Notes under the pieces: model-generated | What the model saw: the letters and a program-made list of their open reading frames with translations, nothing else | What the model was told of the DNA's origin: nothing | The model's database searches: none | Shown: positions 22,101 to 36,386 of the stretch, one piece after another | How positions within the stretch are numbered: the stretch's first letter is position 1 | Layout: each line of letters begins with the position of its first letter | Origin: Catajapyx aquilonaris | Lineage: Eukaryota | NCBI GenBank assembly: GCA_000934665.2 | Contig: JYFJ02001946.1 | Span: 1 to 64,000 of the forward strand | Length of the DNA stretch: 64,000 nucleotides | Reading direction: 5' to 3' | Translations under genes and position numbers: made by a program

Positions 22101-25100
22101 CCTGAAGTACCTAGAAATGCGTTATATGCAGAATGAGCTTGAGAAATTAAGTCTGGATGGAGCAAGGTAATTTTGATGCTGCTAACACTTGAGAATATAC
22201 CTGCTTGCATGACTGATATGTTTACAGATAATGTTTATATATCCGTTAATAACCTTCAAGCATCTACCACTCACCTGCTCTTGGATGTATGCAATGACAG
22301 AGATGAGCTTCTGTGAGAGGTCTGAAATATAGTGGCAGTACTCTGCTTGGTCCCCCCTGATCTGGTCCTTGAGAGACGATAGTCCTCCTCTCAATGTGGT
22401 TGCTCTTTGCTCTTCCAGCTGCTGCACTCCTTGCAGGCGTGTTCGAAGGTGACCAAGTTCCTCTCGTGCGACAGTCAGTTCCTGCTAGACATTTCATGAA
22501 ATAAATTGCATGTTCAAGAACATGCTCCTCAAAAAATATTACTGTTATTCCTGATATGCTACCCTACCAAACAGTGTGTAATCCCAATGCACCTACACAG
22601 ATATTCTTGGACAAACAGTAACTGGAATTATGCTGAGTGAAGTGGACCACGTAAAGTAACCTCGGTTTATAATAATACAAAATTGCACTTCAAAAAATCT
22701 CAGCAACCAATGCATACATGATGTTCCAAATGAAATGCCCTCATTGAAACCTAAAAGTAAGTGTCCCAAAGTAACTACTTAAAAATAAGCATCTGGGCTA
22801 ACCAATTAATTATAGCATTTAAAATGAAACATCATGTATTTTACAATGTTTCCTGAAAATCAATAACTACCAAAATATATCCTGAGGTAACAGTGGGTCA
22901 CATTTGTGTTACTATTTAGATTCAGGTCGGCCACGTAGAAAAATATGTGGCAAACAAGCGATGTAAAGAGAGTACGAGTTGCTTCACACATGACTACTTG
23001 GTAAGGAGTATTCAGATACATTTCACTAGTAAAATGCAACTCATTCATGTTCAGTATCTGAATGACTGTCACATTTGTTTACAAACTGCACCCAAACTCC
23101 AAGGTTTTCTTTCCCATGGGTGCAACATCACATGTTAACTGATTTGTCCCAGGAGGAACATCCTTGGGACAATCTACAGAGGGAAATAAGTGTACGATCA
23201 AAGAACAACACTTGTGCTTGTGTGCTGTTCCATCCCACATGCCATTACCTTTCTGTTTGGTACTTGGGCAGTAGGATCCAAGTACGTAAACCACAAATGT
23301 GATATTTTCAGACACAAAGATTTCTAAAAGCAACTTATACACACTTGCATATGCTGCCTGTTTAGGCTGAAGCACAGTGAAAGCTTAAGCCTCTTGAAAC
23401 CAACACCTTCACTTACCATTTAAAAAGGGAAAAGGGTGAGGTATACGGTGATTTACAAAAATGGATATGGTCCATGCAAACATGCAGCAATGTGACTTGG
23501 GGGAGTGGGATCGAAACCAAAACATGAGGTGTAGGTGAGGTGAATGGGAAGGAGTCATAAAAATTACAAAGTATACCAAATTAACCAGACGAGTCCATGC
23601 CGCTCATTAGCACACTCCTTGTTTCAAAAAACGTACAGGAGAAGGTAGAAATAAAAGTGAATAAAAGTGCAGCTGCCTCACACCTAACTGGTCACGGCAC
23701 ATTTCCATTCAAACCTATGCAACGTCTAGTGGTGGCAATAAATCACTACAGCGAAGTCAAGTGAATTAATTCTACCCTTGCACCTACCTATGAGACACCC
23801 TAACAGTTCTCAAGAAAGAAAAAATAGCAAGTCAATAGTTCAATGATGTTCAGTCATTCATCATTTGTGGATATAGCTACTGGTAACCCTGCAGGCAAGC
23901 TAATCCAATGTGAGGCAGCTGCATTATGTAAAAAAAAAATCAGGCGAAACTGAATCCAGAAAAGGCCACAACCAATGTCCTTGACGTTTCTTGTCCAAGC
24001 TGCGTGTACCTGAAGTGCTTCCCAATGCATCCGGTGATGGTGATGCGTCCTGACTCGCTGATGTTCCTGCTGTTGCAATTCCTCACCACCTATGCAACCA
24101 CAACCACCACCAAAACCACCACCATTGCTCTCAGAGTAGCTTGAGGGCATGGACTCGTCTATGTAGAAGTCGGCCGTGAGGAACTCGGACTGGGAGTTGG
24201 CCGCAGACTCCCCAGACTCCCCGGACTCGTTATTGGATGGGATGGGCTCGGGGGAATTGTACAAATTTGGGGAGGAACGCACCTCTTCCGGTGGTGGAGC
24301 TGATTTCTTGATAAGGTCCGTGGAGACAGGAACAGTGGTGGTTGACTCATCGGTGAAAGTGGTTGCCTCCACTGGACTTTGCCCCACCTTCTCAAACTCC
24401 TCTGTGTCTGTCTCAGACTCCAGGTCCCTGAAAACAACAAAGAAAGGCTACTTATTACTTCCACATCCCCCACTGTCGCAACTTTAAATGGGGAGAAAAA
24501 GACAACTTGGATCTTCATTTAGTGCACATTCCCGCAAACTGCAAACTCATGACGAAATCCTTACTTCTCCTCTCTTGTTGGCCCAGCTTTGGCCTCTTCT
24601 TCTTTAACCCCACTCTTCACACCATCAGTATCACCCTGTAACTCCTCTGCTTCAGCAGCTGCTTCCTTGACTACCTCCTCCTGCATGCTGCAGAACATGG
24701 CCTCGTATCCTTCCACATCAGGGAGCATAATCCCTGTGAGAGGGCCTGGCAGGTGCGCCTGCATCTCTCTCAGCTCCTCTAGGGACACAGGTGGCAGCTG
24801 ACTGTCAAACTGCGATGGTGGCTGGCATGCAAACAGCGACGGAAGGTCGTCCATCCCGGGGAACAAGGTGGCAAGGAAGTGCCCTTTGAACTGTGCCGAG
24901 AAGGTTTGCCTGGTAGCCACCTCTTGTTGCTGAAGAAGCTGCCATTTGCTGGAGAGTCGGGCCCCCCATTTCAAGAAGGCAGACGAGAAGGCTCGCCGGC
25001 GCACCACCTCAGCAACAGCGGAGATGTACATTCCTGGAGAGGCGTGAATCTGCTGCACGACTTCAAGGTGATGGCGAAGACGCTTCAAATTCTCATGTGA

Positions 25101-27034
25101 TATCACCAGTTTACTGCTCACGTCGCACATCATCTTCTCCACAAACATTATCCACCTGGATGAAAGTAGGAAGAAAGACGTGGAAGTACAGCCACCTGTT
25201 ACGCAACTTTTTTCAAGTAAATTATCCTTACCTGAGCCTAGCGTGTAAGTTGGTGGAAAGCTCTTCTTTTGCTACTACACATCTCCGCCTGATGTCCCTC
25301 AGCTGCTGATGGTTCTTCAGCATGACTAACAGCTGATGACGATGTGAGGCACACAGATCGGGAAGGATAGAAGCGTCTCCAAGGTTGCTGGCACGGTTCT
25401 GGTTTTGCTGGAAAGCTTGTGCCAGTTCTCCTTGCTCCTGGACAATCTTTCTTGCCTCAAACATCATCCCTTCCAAGCCCGACAGGCGATCCTCCAGACC
25501 CCTGATTTCCTTCATAAGTGGAGCATCAGCCGCCTTCAAAGCGTCTCCAACTTCCTGCTGCAGGACATCAAATATGGTACCATTGAATTGTTGCAAACCA
25601 CGAATGCATAGTTCGGCCAACTGCTCCAAGCTGCTGTTACTATCAGTGGAGGCAATCCACTGAAGGAGCGACATCTGGGAGGTAGCTTGCAGTTCCAGCT
25701 GCTGCGGTTCTTGCACAGGTGGCAACGGTTCCTCGTTACCATCTAGCAGTGCTTTTGATTCTTGCTCGCGATCCAGAAGTGATGACAGGACTGGTATCTT
25801 GCTCAGTAGGACCATGTCTTCGCTAAAACTATAGGAAAAATAAAGGTCACAACAGAGTGTTAGGTATAAAAATAATGGGGAGTTTCATGAAAGTTAAGTC
25901 GAAATAGTGTACTTAAACGAATAATCAATTCTCCTAGTATCTAAAAATATTTTATAGCATTAAACCATATTTAAAATAAAATGTCGCAATCACATGCATT
26001 TCCTTCCCCATATATTATGTAACGAGCAAAATTCCAGTTGAGAAAATTAATATGCGCAATCCCAGAATGCCGGTGAATACTAACTTTTGAAGCATATGCA
26101 CATATTCGTGTCGTGCCTGCAGAAAAGTATGGAAGTTGTGCTGGAAGAGGTCGGCCCGGTTCCTGAAAGCGGAGGTGATATCCTCTAGGTTGGCCACCAC
26201 GGCAGCCCAACCCTGATGTTGAAGGTGCTGATCATGCACCAAATGCTCGCAGATGCTCATCACTTCACGAGCTGACTCACAGAACTGCTGGGCCAGTTGG
26301 CACCTTGACACAACTGTATTATAGGTTGGTGGCATATGCAGGCAGCCCTCTACTGTATCCTTCAGGTCTGAATCTACAGGTGAAAGATATATCTTGATTT
26401 AAAAGCAGCTACAACAAAGTAACATCACATTCACTTTCATATTAACTGCCATGCTCGAAATAGTTTATATTAATAACTATTGGCTGAGTAACAGTAGTCT
26501 CACTGCCAAGTTTCACAAATTGCAGTGCGGACAGTGAGTAATTCAGTTCTAATTAATACAATTTCCTTCAGGGTCTGTGGCTCTGTACCTCTTATAAGAG
26601 GTCTGCACTACCAAAATTATTATTTTAAAATTAATACCATTTCTTCGTTATCTCTGTAACAACTCACCTGATCCATAGTCGATGCTTGGCGAAGGTGGGT
26701 TGGCACTTTCAATGGTGCTTTTGCTGAACAGGAAGAGTGGGTTTGTATCCGTTCCAGCGGAGTAGCTGCACACCTTGGCACCTTCTTCCAGACTCTCTCC
26801 ACCACTGACTAGCAGCACCTGCTTCTCCGGAGGGATATGAGTTGCCCGGGAAATCATCTCCTTCAGGGTGGCCACACTGTAATTTTGTCGAAAAAAATTA
26901 TTATTCATGCTGTAATAATCATCAGTGGTGTACATGGAATTTAATCAAAACAATAAGTACGCCAACCTTTTCAGTGCCAGCTTCATCTCAAAAGTCATCA
27001 TTGTCCCCGTGTCTACCAGGAATACGTACAACAT
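19173..27034 (-). CDS. RB1CC1: RB1-inducible coiled-coil protein 1 (FIP200/Atg17), multi-exon
   Basis: Start MLYVFLVDTGTMMTFEM (27034). Ubiquitin-like KQVLLVSGGESL. VHDQHLQHQGWAAVVANLED, DASILPDLCASH and AVAEVVRRR blocks. Long coiled coils. C-terminal Claw region GEVVEKEYCQARK|ALNRYNVPQGTKFYRVK. Stop at 19173-19175, AATAAA (minus) at 19129-19134. Confidence 0.96.
19355..19406. mobile_element. Tiny Harbinger-like hairpin MITE in the last RB1CC1 intron; related ends at about 6958-7112
   Basis: agccgcgtttacatgtgagcgatg / catcgctctcatgtaaatgtggct inverted repeat with TTA-type flanks. Confidence 0.55.
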
Positions 27035-28310
27035 CTTGATTAAGGGATCGTCAGTCTTCTTTTGTACTCACAAACCCAGGTTTGATATCAGGGCAATTTA
27101 CATGACATGCAACAACATAAACACGATGCTTCCTGCAACGAGAAAAGAAAAACTTTATCGCAACAAAATTGATTCAAACATGGGCCTCCCAGCTGCGCAC
27201 AATTCAGGTGTAAAAATAGTTTTCTTGGTTGCACTAATGGACTCGTTCAATGGTGAAAATAAATACGATTTAATAGATGGAAAATATGTGAATGAAATGT
27301 GATAATTAACACCATCCTAGTGCACACATTGTTAGAATGATCATTATGTTTAATGTTAACGTAATATGCCACTTCTTCTAACAGTAAGAGTCACATGGAT
27401 TATTTTCTTGGTTTACATGCATAAAATACTTCTCTACCTGACTCGAGATTGACTTAAAACTAGGAAATTCATATTTCATAGCTTGCGTTAGCTTTTGTGC
27501 TTGAAAATCAGCCTTTTCTGAGGAACAGAAGTCTGAGAGGTCATACAAGGTCAAGAGCAGCACATGACAGCAGACGTTTCTAAATCCGATAAAAACAATT
27601 AAAACATGCATAATGTTGTTGTTTGCTGTTAAGGCCTATTCTGCCATCTTGCAAAAACAGCCTCTGTACAATAAGGTCATATTTTCCTTCAACGTGTCAA
27701 GCCTTATGGCAATGTTAAGATGTTTCTTTTCCTCATGTAACGGCAGTATTCACACACCACCAGGTTCATTATGTGTTATCATGCTATGATCATACCGTTA
27801 CAAGTTGTTCCTGCCGATATGATGCGACATCACTACCCACGTTCCACACATGCTAAATATCTGTTTGTGTCAACACATTACGGCAAATCCATGCTATTTT
27901 TGATGTTGTGCAGTCTTAAGCCTGTATTAGCTTGCCCACTAGGCCTGAACCAACACATGAACCCTGAGTGTTGACGGCCTTTGCGACAAACCAATACAGG
28001 ATGAGCACCAGCCTATGGGCTCTGCCTTATGCAAGACACGTCCTGTAGACGCCTGAAATTGTAGCAAGTGTTGCGAGACTGCCAGACGCTTAGTAAGCAT
28101 ATTGTGGTTGGGGGAGGGACATACGTTGCACCCACCTGTGGTCTCATCGTGCAGGTACAAAAATGAAAAGAGGGGCAGGTCCTGGGGTGACCTGGGCAGC
28201 ACCCGAGGGGCCAGGGGCTGCTCCGAGGCTGGCTTCGAAGGGACTCTGATGCGAGAGCGGGCCTGGATCCCCGTGTGCCTACTTCGAAGGAAATGGAACG
28301 TCGCAATCCG

Positions 28311-28320
28311 CCGCCATCTT
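28311..28320 (-). promoter_or_regulatory. YY1-type AAGATGGCGG motif in the GC-rich RB1CC1 5' region
   Basis: The plus strand reads ccgccatctt, just upstream (on minus) of a donor-like gtaggc at about 28262. Confidence 0.45.
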
Positions 28321-28695
28321 TGTTGGCATAATGCTATAGTTCGGGGGAGGCTCACCAGAGGGCGCCACCAGGAGGCAAGGCAGGGAGGAAGCGCCTCTGG
28401 CGGAAGTGGACTCAACTCTCAAACGGCGTGGCAAAAGGGAGGGAAATTTTTGAATATACTTTGGTCTTTGAAGTCCTGGAACCCTTTGGGGCTGACTGAT
28501 TTCCACATATTTACCATACATGGCCTACCAACTTAAGAACCAGTAATGCCAACAGTGCAAACTGCGCGAACTGTGGTGCGCACTCGGTAAAAAATTCAGC
28601 TAAAATTAGCAGAGTGAATTAAAACTCAGGGTATGGAATGAGCTGCATTTTACTCAGCGTGTAATGACAAAGTCAAATGATTTACAACATTTTTT

Positions 28696-31600
28696 TCAAA
28701 GAGTATGGCGTTGTTGATGCGGTTGCTGCAAGGCGCAGTCTGGAAGATAAGCTTGAGGTTGAGGTGTTTGAGAGGGTGGCGGGAGGTGGTGATGAGTAGG
28801 TTGGTGATGGTGGTGGTGATGGTGGTGATGGTGATGGTCGTGGTGGTGAGAAGGAAGACCCCATCCTGGAACAACAGGCGCCGCAGCGCACGACTCGTAA
28901 TCTTCAGGTACAGACGACTGCTGCTGGTGCTGCTGGTGGTTACCCCAAGAGCAGTCGGCAACAAAGGAGGACGTGGCCTGACCAGCAGATGTGTCGGAGG
29001 CATCGTAGGCGTCGAAGTCCCCCAAAGCGGCCTCGAAGGTCTGCAGGAATCTCAGCGCCTGCATCTGCGTCGAGGGTGACGTCGACGCTTCCCGACGAAG
29101 CGGCTGGTCCATCTGGAATATGTCCTGAGGCTGGTACGGTGCGTCGATGGTCTCCGGAAGACCTGTACCGCAGTCTTCGTCCAAAGACCACATCCACTGC
29201 GGAGGAGCATTGTGGGCGTCGGCTGTGTTGGCTATCGTGGACGCCGTCAGCGCATCCAGACACTCCTGCACCGTCGTCTGAGACTGAGGTACCTGTAGCT
29301 GAGGTTGCGGTTGCGGCACCCCGTTGGTCGCCTTGCACAGGCACTCGAAGGGTGGGCACGAGCACGTTGACAACATCGACGGCTGAGGTGGAGGTGCCAA
29401 CACCGACGACGACACTTCCCTGGAACGCCGACGGGCCTGCCGACATCATATCAATCATGTTAAGCTGGGATTACACGGACATCGTTATCTTCAATCCATC
29501 ATAATCAGTTGATCAGTTTGACGTTATTTTTAATGCGTGCAATAATCTTTTAGTTATCAGTAGCACGTATGAAGTCAACCCGACCTATGAACTACTGATT
29601 ATTCAGGATAAATACAGTACTCGAGTACAGTAATCACAGACCACCGAACTTATCCTAACTGATCATAGCCACCCACGCGCCTTTCATGTTCAACGGTCAG
29701 TCTAATTTACAGGCTGAAGATCAAAATTATATAGGAATTTATCCTAACAAATCAGGGCCACCCACTATTCGACTCTGTTGTGTAAATCAGTCTGACTTAC
29801 AGGCGGAAGTTATGACTGGCTATTGACAAGCTCAATTCTTCACACAGTACGGTACCCTGCTTAGATGAGTGCCGGATTATTATCAGTAAAAGTAGAGAAC
29901 ATACTTTTTTTCTCATTAACTTAAGGGTTAGCAAGTTGCACATTTTGTCCTTAATTTTACTTGATATTGTGCAATAATACTATTGGGAGGTCTGGGAAAT
30001 GTATGGGACCGCAACAATTTCATTGCAGGTGTACCAGTAGGCCCATACCTGGAAAATATGATATAGCAGTGGGACAGGTCGGCCTATATACATGGTGGAT
30101 CCAAACCACAAAGGACAAAGACAATCGTGTGACTCCAACTTTATCGTCACTATTGTGGGTCTCCGGTCACCCCCTCTGCTGGTTCCAGTTAATCTAAAAG
30201 GGCGCGATTAGATCAGATTGATCCAAGCACAACTTTCCCCCTCTCTGTATACCAAAGCACTGCTGACTATTGGGATCGTGAGAATATTGTGACGAGGAAT
30301 TGGAGTGCAGCAAAAGGGATGAAGGAATGGGAAGGGGGGGATGCGATGGAGGGAGTTGGATGGGGAGTATATATATAGAGAGAGGGGTATGGCTAACGAG
30401 CGTGCGAACATTGGCAGCTGGCAGCTATTAGCCGCTTCGTTAACTTCTCCCCAAATCCTCTGTTCATAATAGCAAGCAAACACCATCTATCTACAACCCA
30501 TTTGCTACCTAACTACGTACCTTCCCATCTCCTGCTCCTCCCCCTGAGGGGCCTCCTCCTCCTCTTTGCAGGACCAGAGCCAGGCCGCGACCTCGTCGCG
30601 ACGCCGACGCCAGACTGCGACGAGCCTCCGCCGCAGACTTGGCCTCTGGTCGGGGATGGTCATGGACACCTTTGGCCTACAAAATTAAAGATACATACGC
30701 TGGAAGCTTTTTGGAGTGTCTGAGAAAACTAAAATAACCGATCTTAAAAAAATCCACGATGTTGGTCCATTTGAACAAGATTACGTCTCTAATGGCTTGT
30801 TACTGTAGTTTTGAGATACACATACCGTACACATCACTCACCTGAAAGAAAATGGCGTGTTCCGTGTGCCTCCAAAAGTGCGTGACCGGATATCCGCAGT
30901 GACCTCTGCAGGATTGGATCTCCAGCCTGCCGCTGCATCTCCTATTAGGACATGGCTTCCCTGCAAGGATGCCTTCTTTGATTAACCCAGTCGGAGTCTG
31001 TGGGTAATGGACCAACCTTGCTGCTTCTTCCTGGCCTTGTCACAAATGGCTGGCCTGAGGTGAACTTGCTGCCCCGAGTCGAGGGTGCACCTGGAGGAGC
31101 AGACCAGGACTCCGAGACAGGACTTCTTCAGGATGTGGACGTTGTGGTTGTTGGTGTTCCTCATGGCCCACCCCGAGGCGTGTCTTCGGGCCTCCTCGCA
31201 GTCTGGACCGTAGACCAGCCGGCAGTGGCCGTCGGCCCACTCGGACCAAGGGTCGTACCTGGTCACCTTCGGGACGCTGTTGTCGTTTATGTCCCAGTCC
31301 GCTTGCTGCTGTTGGTGATGCTGCTGGTGCTGGTGGGTCACAGCCGCGCCCTTGCATATGCTGATGCCCAGTGACCCGCCAGGGTCGCCCAAGTACGCAA
31401 GGTCACGGTCTTCTCTGCTTTCCCTATATGTATTATAGATATAGGCTACATTCTTTTACACGACAAGGGGTAGGCGCCTCGAAATGAGCAGTCTTCAAAC
31501 TATGCTTTCATTACTATACGATTACGTGACGAGGTCGAATATAATTATTATATTGTTCATTGATGCTTTTCACGAGCAAAGCATTCACTAACCAATAACT

Positions 31601-34600
31601 TGGGATAATGTGCACTTCTCGCTTATTCAACTACATTATTTTATGTACAGAAATGTTGTAAAATAATATTGCACTCTTATCAGAAATAATGTAGAGTTAT
31701 ACGACATGAGAAATTCACAATATTTCTCTGTGATACATTGAATCATTGCATATCAGTCGGCATCAAGTCCATTCTCTAGCCCCTGTAGCTATATTGGCTT
31801 ATTATTACTGACTGTGATTGGTGGGCAAACTTTTTTCTCCATGGGCCGGATAGAGATTTTTTTTTTTTAATCGACGGGCCGCATCTAACAAAACAAATTT
31901 CAGCTTATAAAAAGGTTTACAATTATATATATCCATCGTTTTAAATGAACTTCCATTAATTGCATAAATTATCATTCAATTATCTGAAAATAGGTAATAA
32001 TTATTAGCTAAATATATCAATGAAAATGGCATGTATAAATAAAAAACAATAATTTTGTGAATTTAAAAGAATTAAAAAGAAAGGCACAGGCATAAAATTT
32101 TGCAATTTTAATTTTTCGACATTTTCAGGAATACCGAAATTTTTCCGCGGTCCGGACAAATTGTCTGCGGGCCGTAGTTTGCCCACCCTTGTTGTAGTGG
32201 GTGAAATGTACATAAATAAATTGCCTAGCATTATTACCGATTTTTTCACGAAAAGATCCTAACGATCCTTTAATTAGACACATGCACATGAAATTATTTT
32301 TAAATACGTATAATGGTTATCCATACTACTTGAGTGCTGCTTTATCATCTCTCTTTATATTGTCACTGAAATATTTAGAAAAAATTAAATGCTCAATTTT
32401 TTACATTATCGAAAATTTTGGATATGGAAATTATGTGATTATTGAAAATACTTAAATTCCACCTCATTATTCACAAATCAAACGAGTATTTTGTTGCGTT
32501 TCCTTGTAAAACTGGCAGCATGTGTTTGTCCCTGTACTAGTGCCGGAAACGTTGCCAAAAACTGAAATAACGCGAAAGATTAAAGTTGCGCAAGGAAGTT
32601 GGTATCGCGATTCTAAGAATTTCCAGATTTGCACGAATCATCTTTTTCGGGACCGTTTAACGCGAACAATGATTGTTCCAGTGTCGCAACGTATTACAGT
32701 ATGCATTCGCACACGTTACAAAATAATTATTATACTGCTAAACTTGCATACGAGTTAGTCATCCTGAAGTAATAAAACACGCCTCAATCTCTTATTATTA
32801 GCCACATCCTATATATGAAATTTAAGCCTAATTCTGCTGGTTTCTCAAATAAAATTGATTACTTTTACAGCTTATTTCATACATGTAATTAAAATATTGT
32901 ATTGTTCACAATAACACTAACTCTTCTTGATATACAGGATATCACGCCTAAGAGTATAATAATTTATTATGTCAGCTTCAAGGGTTTGAGTTTCATTCTT
33001 TGATACGCTCAATTTCGCCTTCGGTTCTCAATAAGGAAAACGGTAGTGAAAAATTAATGATAATTAGTAATTTAGCATTTTACATTTAGTGTTGCAGTAG
33101 ATCTGTGTAGACTGTAGAGCATGTACAGTACAGTATATGAACTACATCATAGATTAATAAGGTCCTTATTAATCTATGCTGGACTACACGTTTGAACGTA
33201 TTTGGACCTGTATAAAAACCACGTGGTATCTCACATAATTTTATAAGGCGAAGGCTGCGTAGTCTTTGGGTCTAACATATTTTAAGATTACTTACTCTTG
33301 TTAGTGCACCTTTAATCCCGCTGCCATTATACGGATTAAGAATTTGCGGCGTATTGCAATATGTCAAATGGTTTTTGTTTTGTTTTTTAATTTTGAAAAA
33401 ATGCACTGCGGCTGAAATATAGTCTTAAGCTGTGCCTCACAGCGGAAATTACGGCTACAAAGGCACTTACAGTGGATAGTTGTGTAAACATTGACACCTC
33501 GCAATGACTAGATGCACGAATGATTCACACACTCACTGATACGCACCTGCCCCACAGTGACTAAAAAGCTTTTAAACCTCACTAATCCATATGACGTGGC
33601 AATTCATTATCCTTTTGTTTGATTATTATTCGGTCTTCTATTGAAAAAAATTAATGCCTTCTAAAAATAATTTGAAACCGGTGTCATTTCACGGTAATGG
33701 TAATGGACGGGACAAAAATAGGGATTTTGTGTTTTCAAATATAAATTCCTGATAAATTCTGTAGGCACCAAAGCGTTTTTGAATGTTATTATGTAACACT
33801 ATTGGAAGGGCACCATAGTCATGGTGTTAAGATTTATGAAACTTCAGATGTTGTAATTACACTAACGTAAGTCGCGTAACGGACGGGGCAGGAAGTGGAG
33901 ATGCATCCGAATTGTAGCACATTGCACATAGGGTATAATAGCAAAACTATGTTCTGTTGAACATTTCAGAAATAAATTTTTCAGTATGTTGTAGAAGACT
34001 ATCATATCAACAAAATAGGTTCATTCCATTAAGTTGTTGCATGCGATTGGTACAGTGATGATAATTGAATTAATCTGGGTAACGGATGGGACAAAGCATT
34101 TTAACTGACCCGACATTTTTGTCCTTGGGTAAAAATGAGTTAAGAGAATGGGTCTGGAATAATCATTCATTTATTGAGTGCTATTCCACAGTCACCCCTA
34201 AATTTTGGTTAAGATGACAATTATTTAAATAGCAGAGAAATGCTTTTAAACGTTCACTTTTCATCAAAATGTCCCTTTTCGCGTATACCCGAAAACTGCA
34301 TACTCGTACAAATTTTAGTGTACAGGGTGATTACAAATGAATAGTATAATTACAAATGCATATAGCTCCGTACCTATATCAACCGTACATGAACTTGTTA
34401 TACACCAAATGAAAGAGGAGGTTTTAAAGTTTTTTTCATGCCTTATAAATGTTCTATATGATTTCCCTTCGTCACTCGAGAAACGTCGATCCGATAGTGC
34501 TATTCCTCCCATACTCGTGCCAGCATGTCCGTTGTCACTGACTCAACCGCAGTAACAATGCACTGGCATTCAGATGTTCGCCAGTTTCTGAACAATGTGC

Positions 34601-36023
34601 TCCTTCGTCGTTGGATAGGTCGCAGTGACCAGCAAGACTTGTCGCTTTACTGCTGGCCCCCAAGGTCGCCGGATTTGGCGCCATTCGACTTCTTCCTTTG
34701 GGGGTACGTTAAGGATGCTGTGTACGAGCCACCGATGCCAACAACCCTGGATGAACTCAAACATAGCATTGTTGCTGCGGTTGAGTCAGTGACAACGGAC
34801 ATGCTGGCACGAGTATGGGAGGAATTGCACTATCGGATCGACGTTTCTCGAGTGACCAAGGGACGTCATATAGAACATTTATAAGGTATGAAATAAACTT
34901 CAAAACCTCCTCTTTCATTTGGTGTATAACACGTTCATGTGCGGTTGATAGGTACGGAGCTATATGCATTTGTAATTATACTATTCATTTGTAATCACCC
35001 TGTATATGTAGACTATAACGTCGTAACATTCATTTATGAAACTACTTTTTTATGATATTAATGCTAAAACCTAATGAACCTGTTACTGTTCTGGTCATTC
35101 GCAATGTAGGCTACCTTTGTATCTGTGAAATAACTTACTGGGTTCGACCAAATAAATCAGAAAAGGCAGAAAACAGGCAAATATAATAAATTATATCGTC
35201 CATCATCAACTTTTAAAACACAAGTCACTAATAACACACCTGTACCGCTGTACATATAGGGTGTAATGTAATATATATTGATAAACTTGATGCACGACCA
35301 GATCATTAAAAATACTTAGAGTAGTGTATTTCTACATAATATTGTTATTCCTTCTCGCAATAGGCGACACGTTTAATACACATTTTCCAAGAACAACTGT
35401 GCAATTTTATTGCTTCTAAAAGATGGTTGACAACAAGCCAGTCAACCTGAGCTAATTAAAATTCAGGAATTTTCCAGGCAGATTCTTCCAGGATACAGCA
35501 CCTATTTTGATTCAAAGTGATCACTGATATTGACCGTAAACTTCACCCCAATTTGTTGATACTGTCGGGACCGCATCAAGGTCAGAAAATAACGTAAGAA
35601 AAAGTCAAAGAGGAAAACTGGGAACGGTTGCAGGCACATCACCAACCTCGGTTTTTTTAAATTCAGGATTTTAATATCTTAATATTAGTTCTACTTTTCT
35701 CCCAGTCGCCTTCATCTCTTTCTGATAAATGACAGTCATTTATCACAGCAGCAATAATATTGCTGACGCCTATTGTGCTGAAAAGGCGCAATTTCTTCTG
35801 TCTGCTGTTCAACATGGTACAGAATTTGAAATCGCATAAATGCAGAACGATCAGATTTTCAGACATGGTTTGTAAACTGAACTGGCAGGTTTTTAAAAAT
35901 ATACAAAATCTATAACATGACTCGAAAACCAGAATGTACGAATTACTCATCATGTGCCTAAAATTCAAATCTCATCATCCATTCAACCCAGATACGGATT
36001 AAAAAGACTTACGACACGACCAT
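28696..36023 (-). CDS. gcm: Glial cells missing transcription factor
   Basis: GCM domain DWDINDN...[31 protein letters not shown]...[47 protein letters not shown]...|[13 protein letters not shown]. Exons 36013-36023 (ATG GTC GTG TC|gtaag, in frame with the next exon), 31017-31423, 30843-30961, 30521-30676 and 28696-29436 (Q/H-rich tail). Confidence 0.96.
31818..32190. mobile_element. hAT-like MITE in a gcm intron
   Basis: ggtgggcaaact / agtttgcccacc termini with gggccg subterminal motifs. Confidence 0.6.
34323..35002 (+). mobile_element. Tc1/mariner-superfamily derivative with a transposase C-terminal remnant and about 240-bp inverted arms
   Basis: TA TSD, cagggtgattacaaatg termini. ORF 34525-34884 contains [20 protein letters not shown]...GRHIEHL*. 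Confidence 0.92.
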
Positions 36024-36378
36024 CTCTCTCCAGGAAGCGTGGTGCCCTCAGTCCTCCATGCACTTTCCTCCTCCTCCTCCAGCAGCACCAGCACCGGAAG
36101 CACAAATGTTCCTCCAGCTCTTGAGCGGCGCCTCCTTTAACCCCATCATCCGGCGCCACACGACGCGCACTGGCGCCACCCCAAACCCGCCCATCGACCA
36201 TCCCCATTGGATCATCCCCCCCAATTTGAATCCAAACACGCCCACTTTTGGGTTACATTATGGGTCCTGGAAAGCAGGTATATATTTTGGAGAGGAGGGT
36301 GAGGGGGTCTCCAGGGGGTGGGGGGCAGCTGAAAGGCTTGTGCAAAATAATAGTGACGTCAGGCGTCGAGCACCTGTC

Positions 36379-36386
36379 ACCCGCAT
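36379..36386 (-). promoter_or_regulatory. GCM-binding consensus ATGCGGGT upstream of gcm
   Basis: The plus strand reads acccgcat, 356 bp 5' of the inferred gcm ATG. A second match ATGCGGGC lies at 40021-40028. Confidence 0.55.

Noticed and set aside
28650..31374. Antisense and alternative-frame ORFs over gcm
   Set aside because: Shadows of GC-rich gcm exons.
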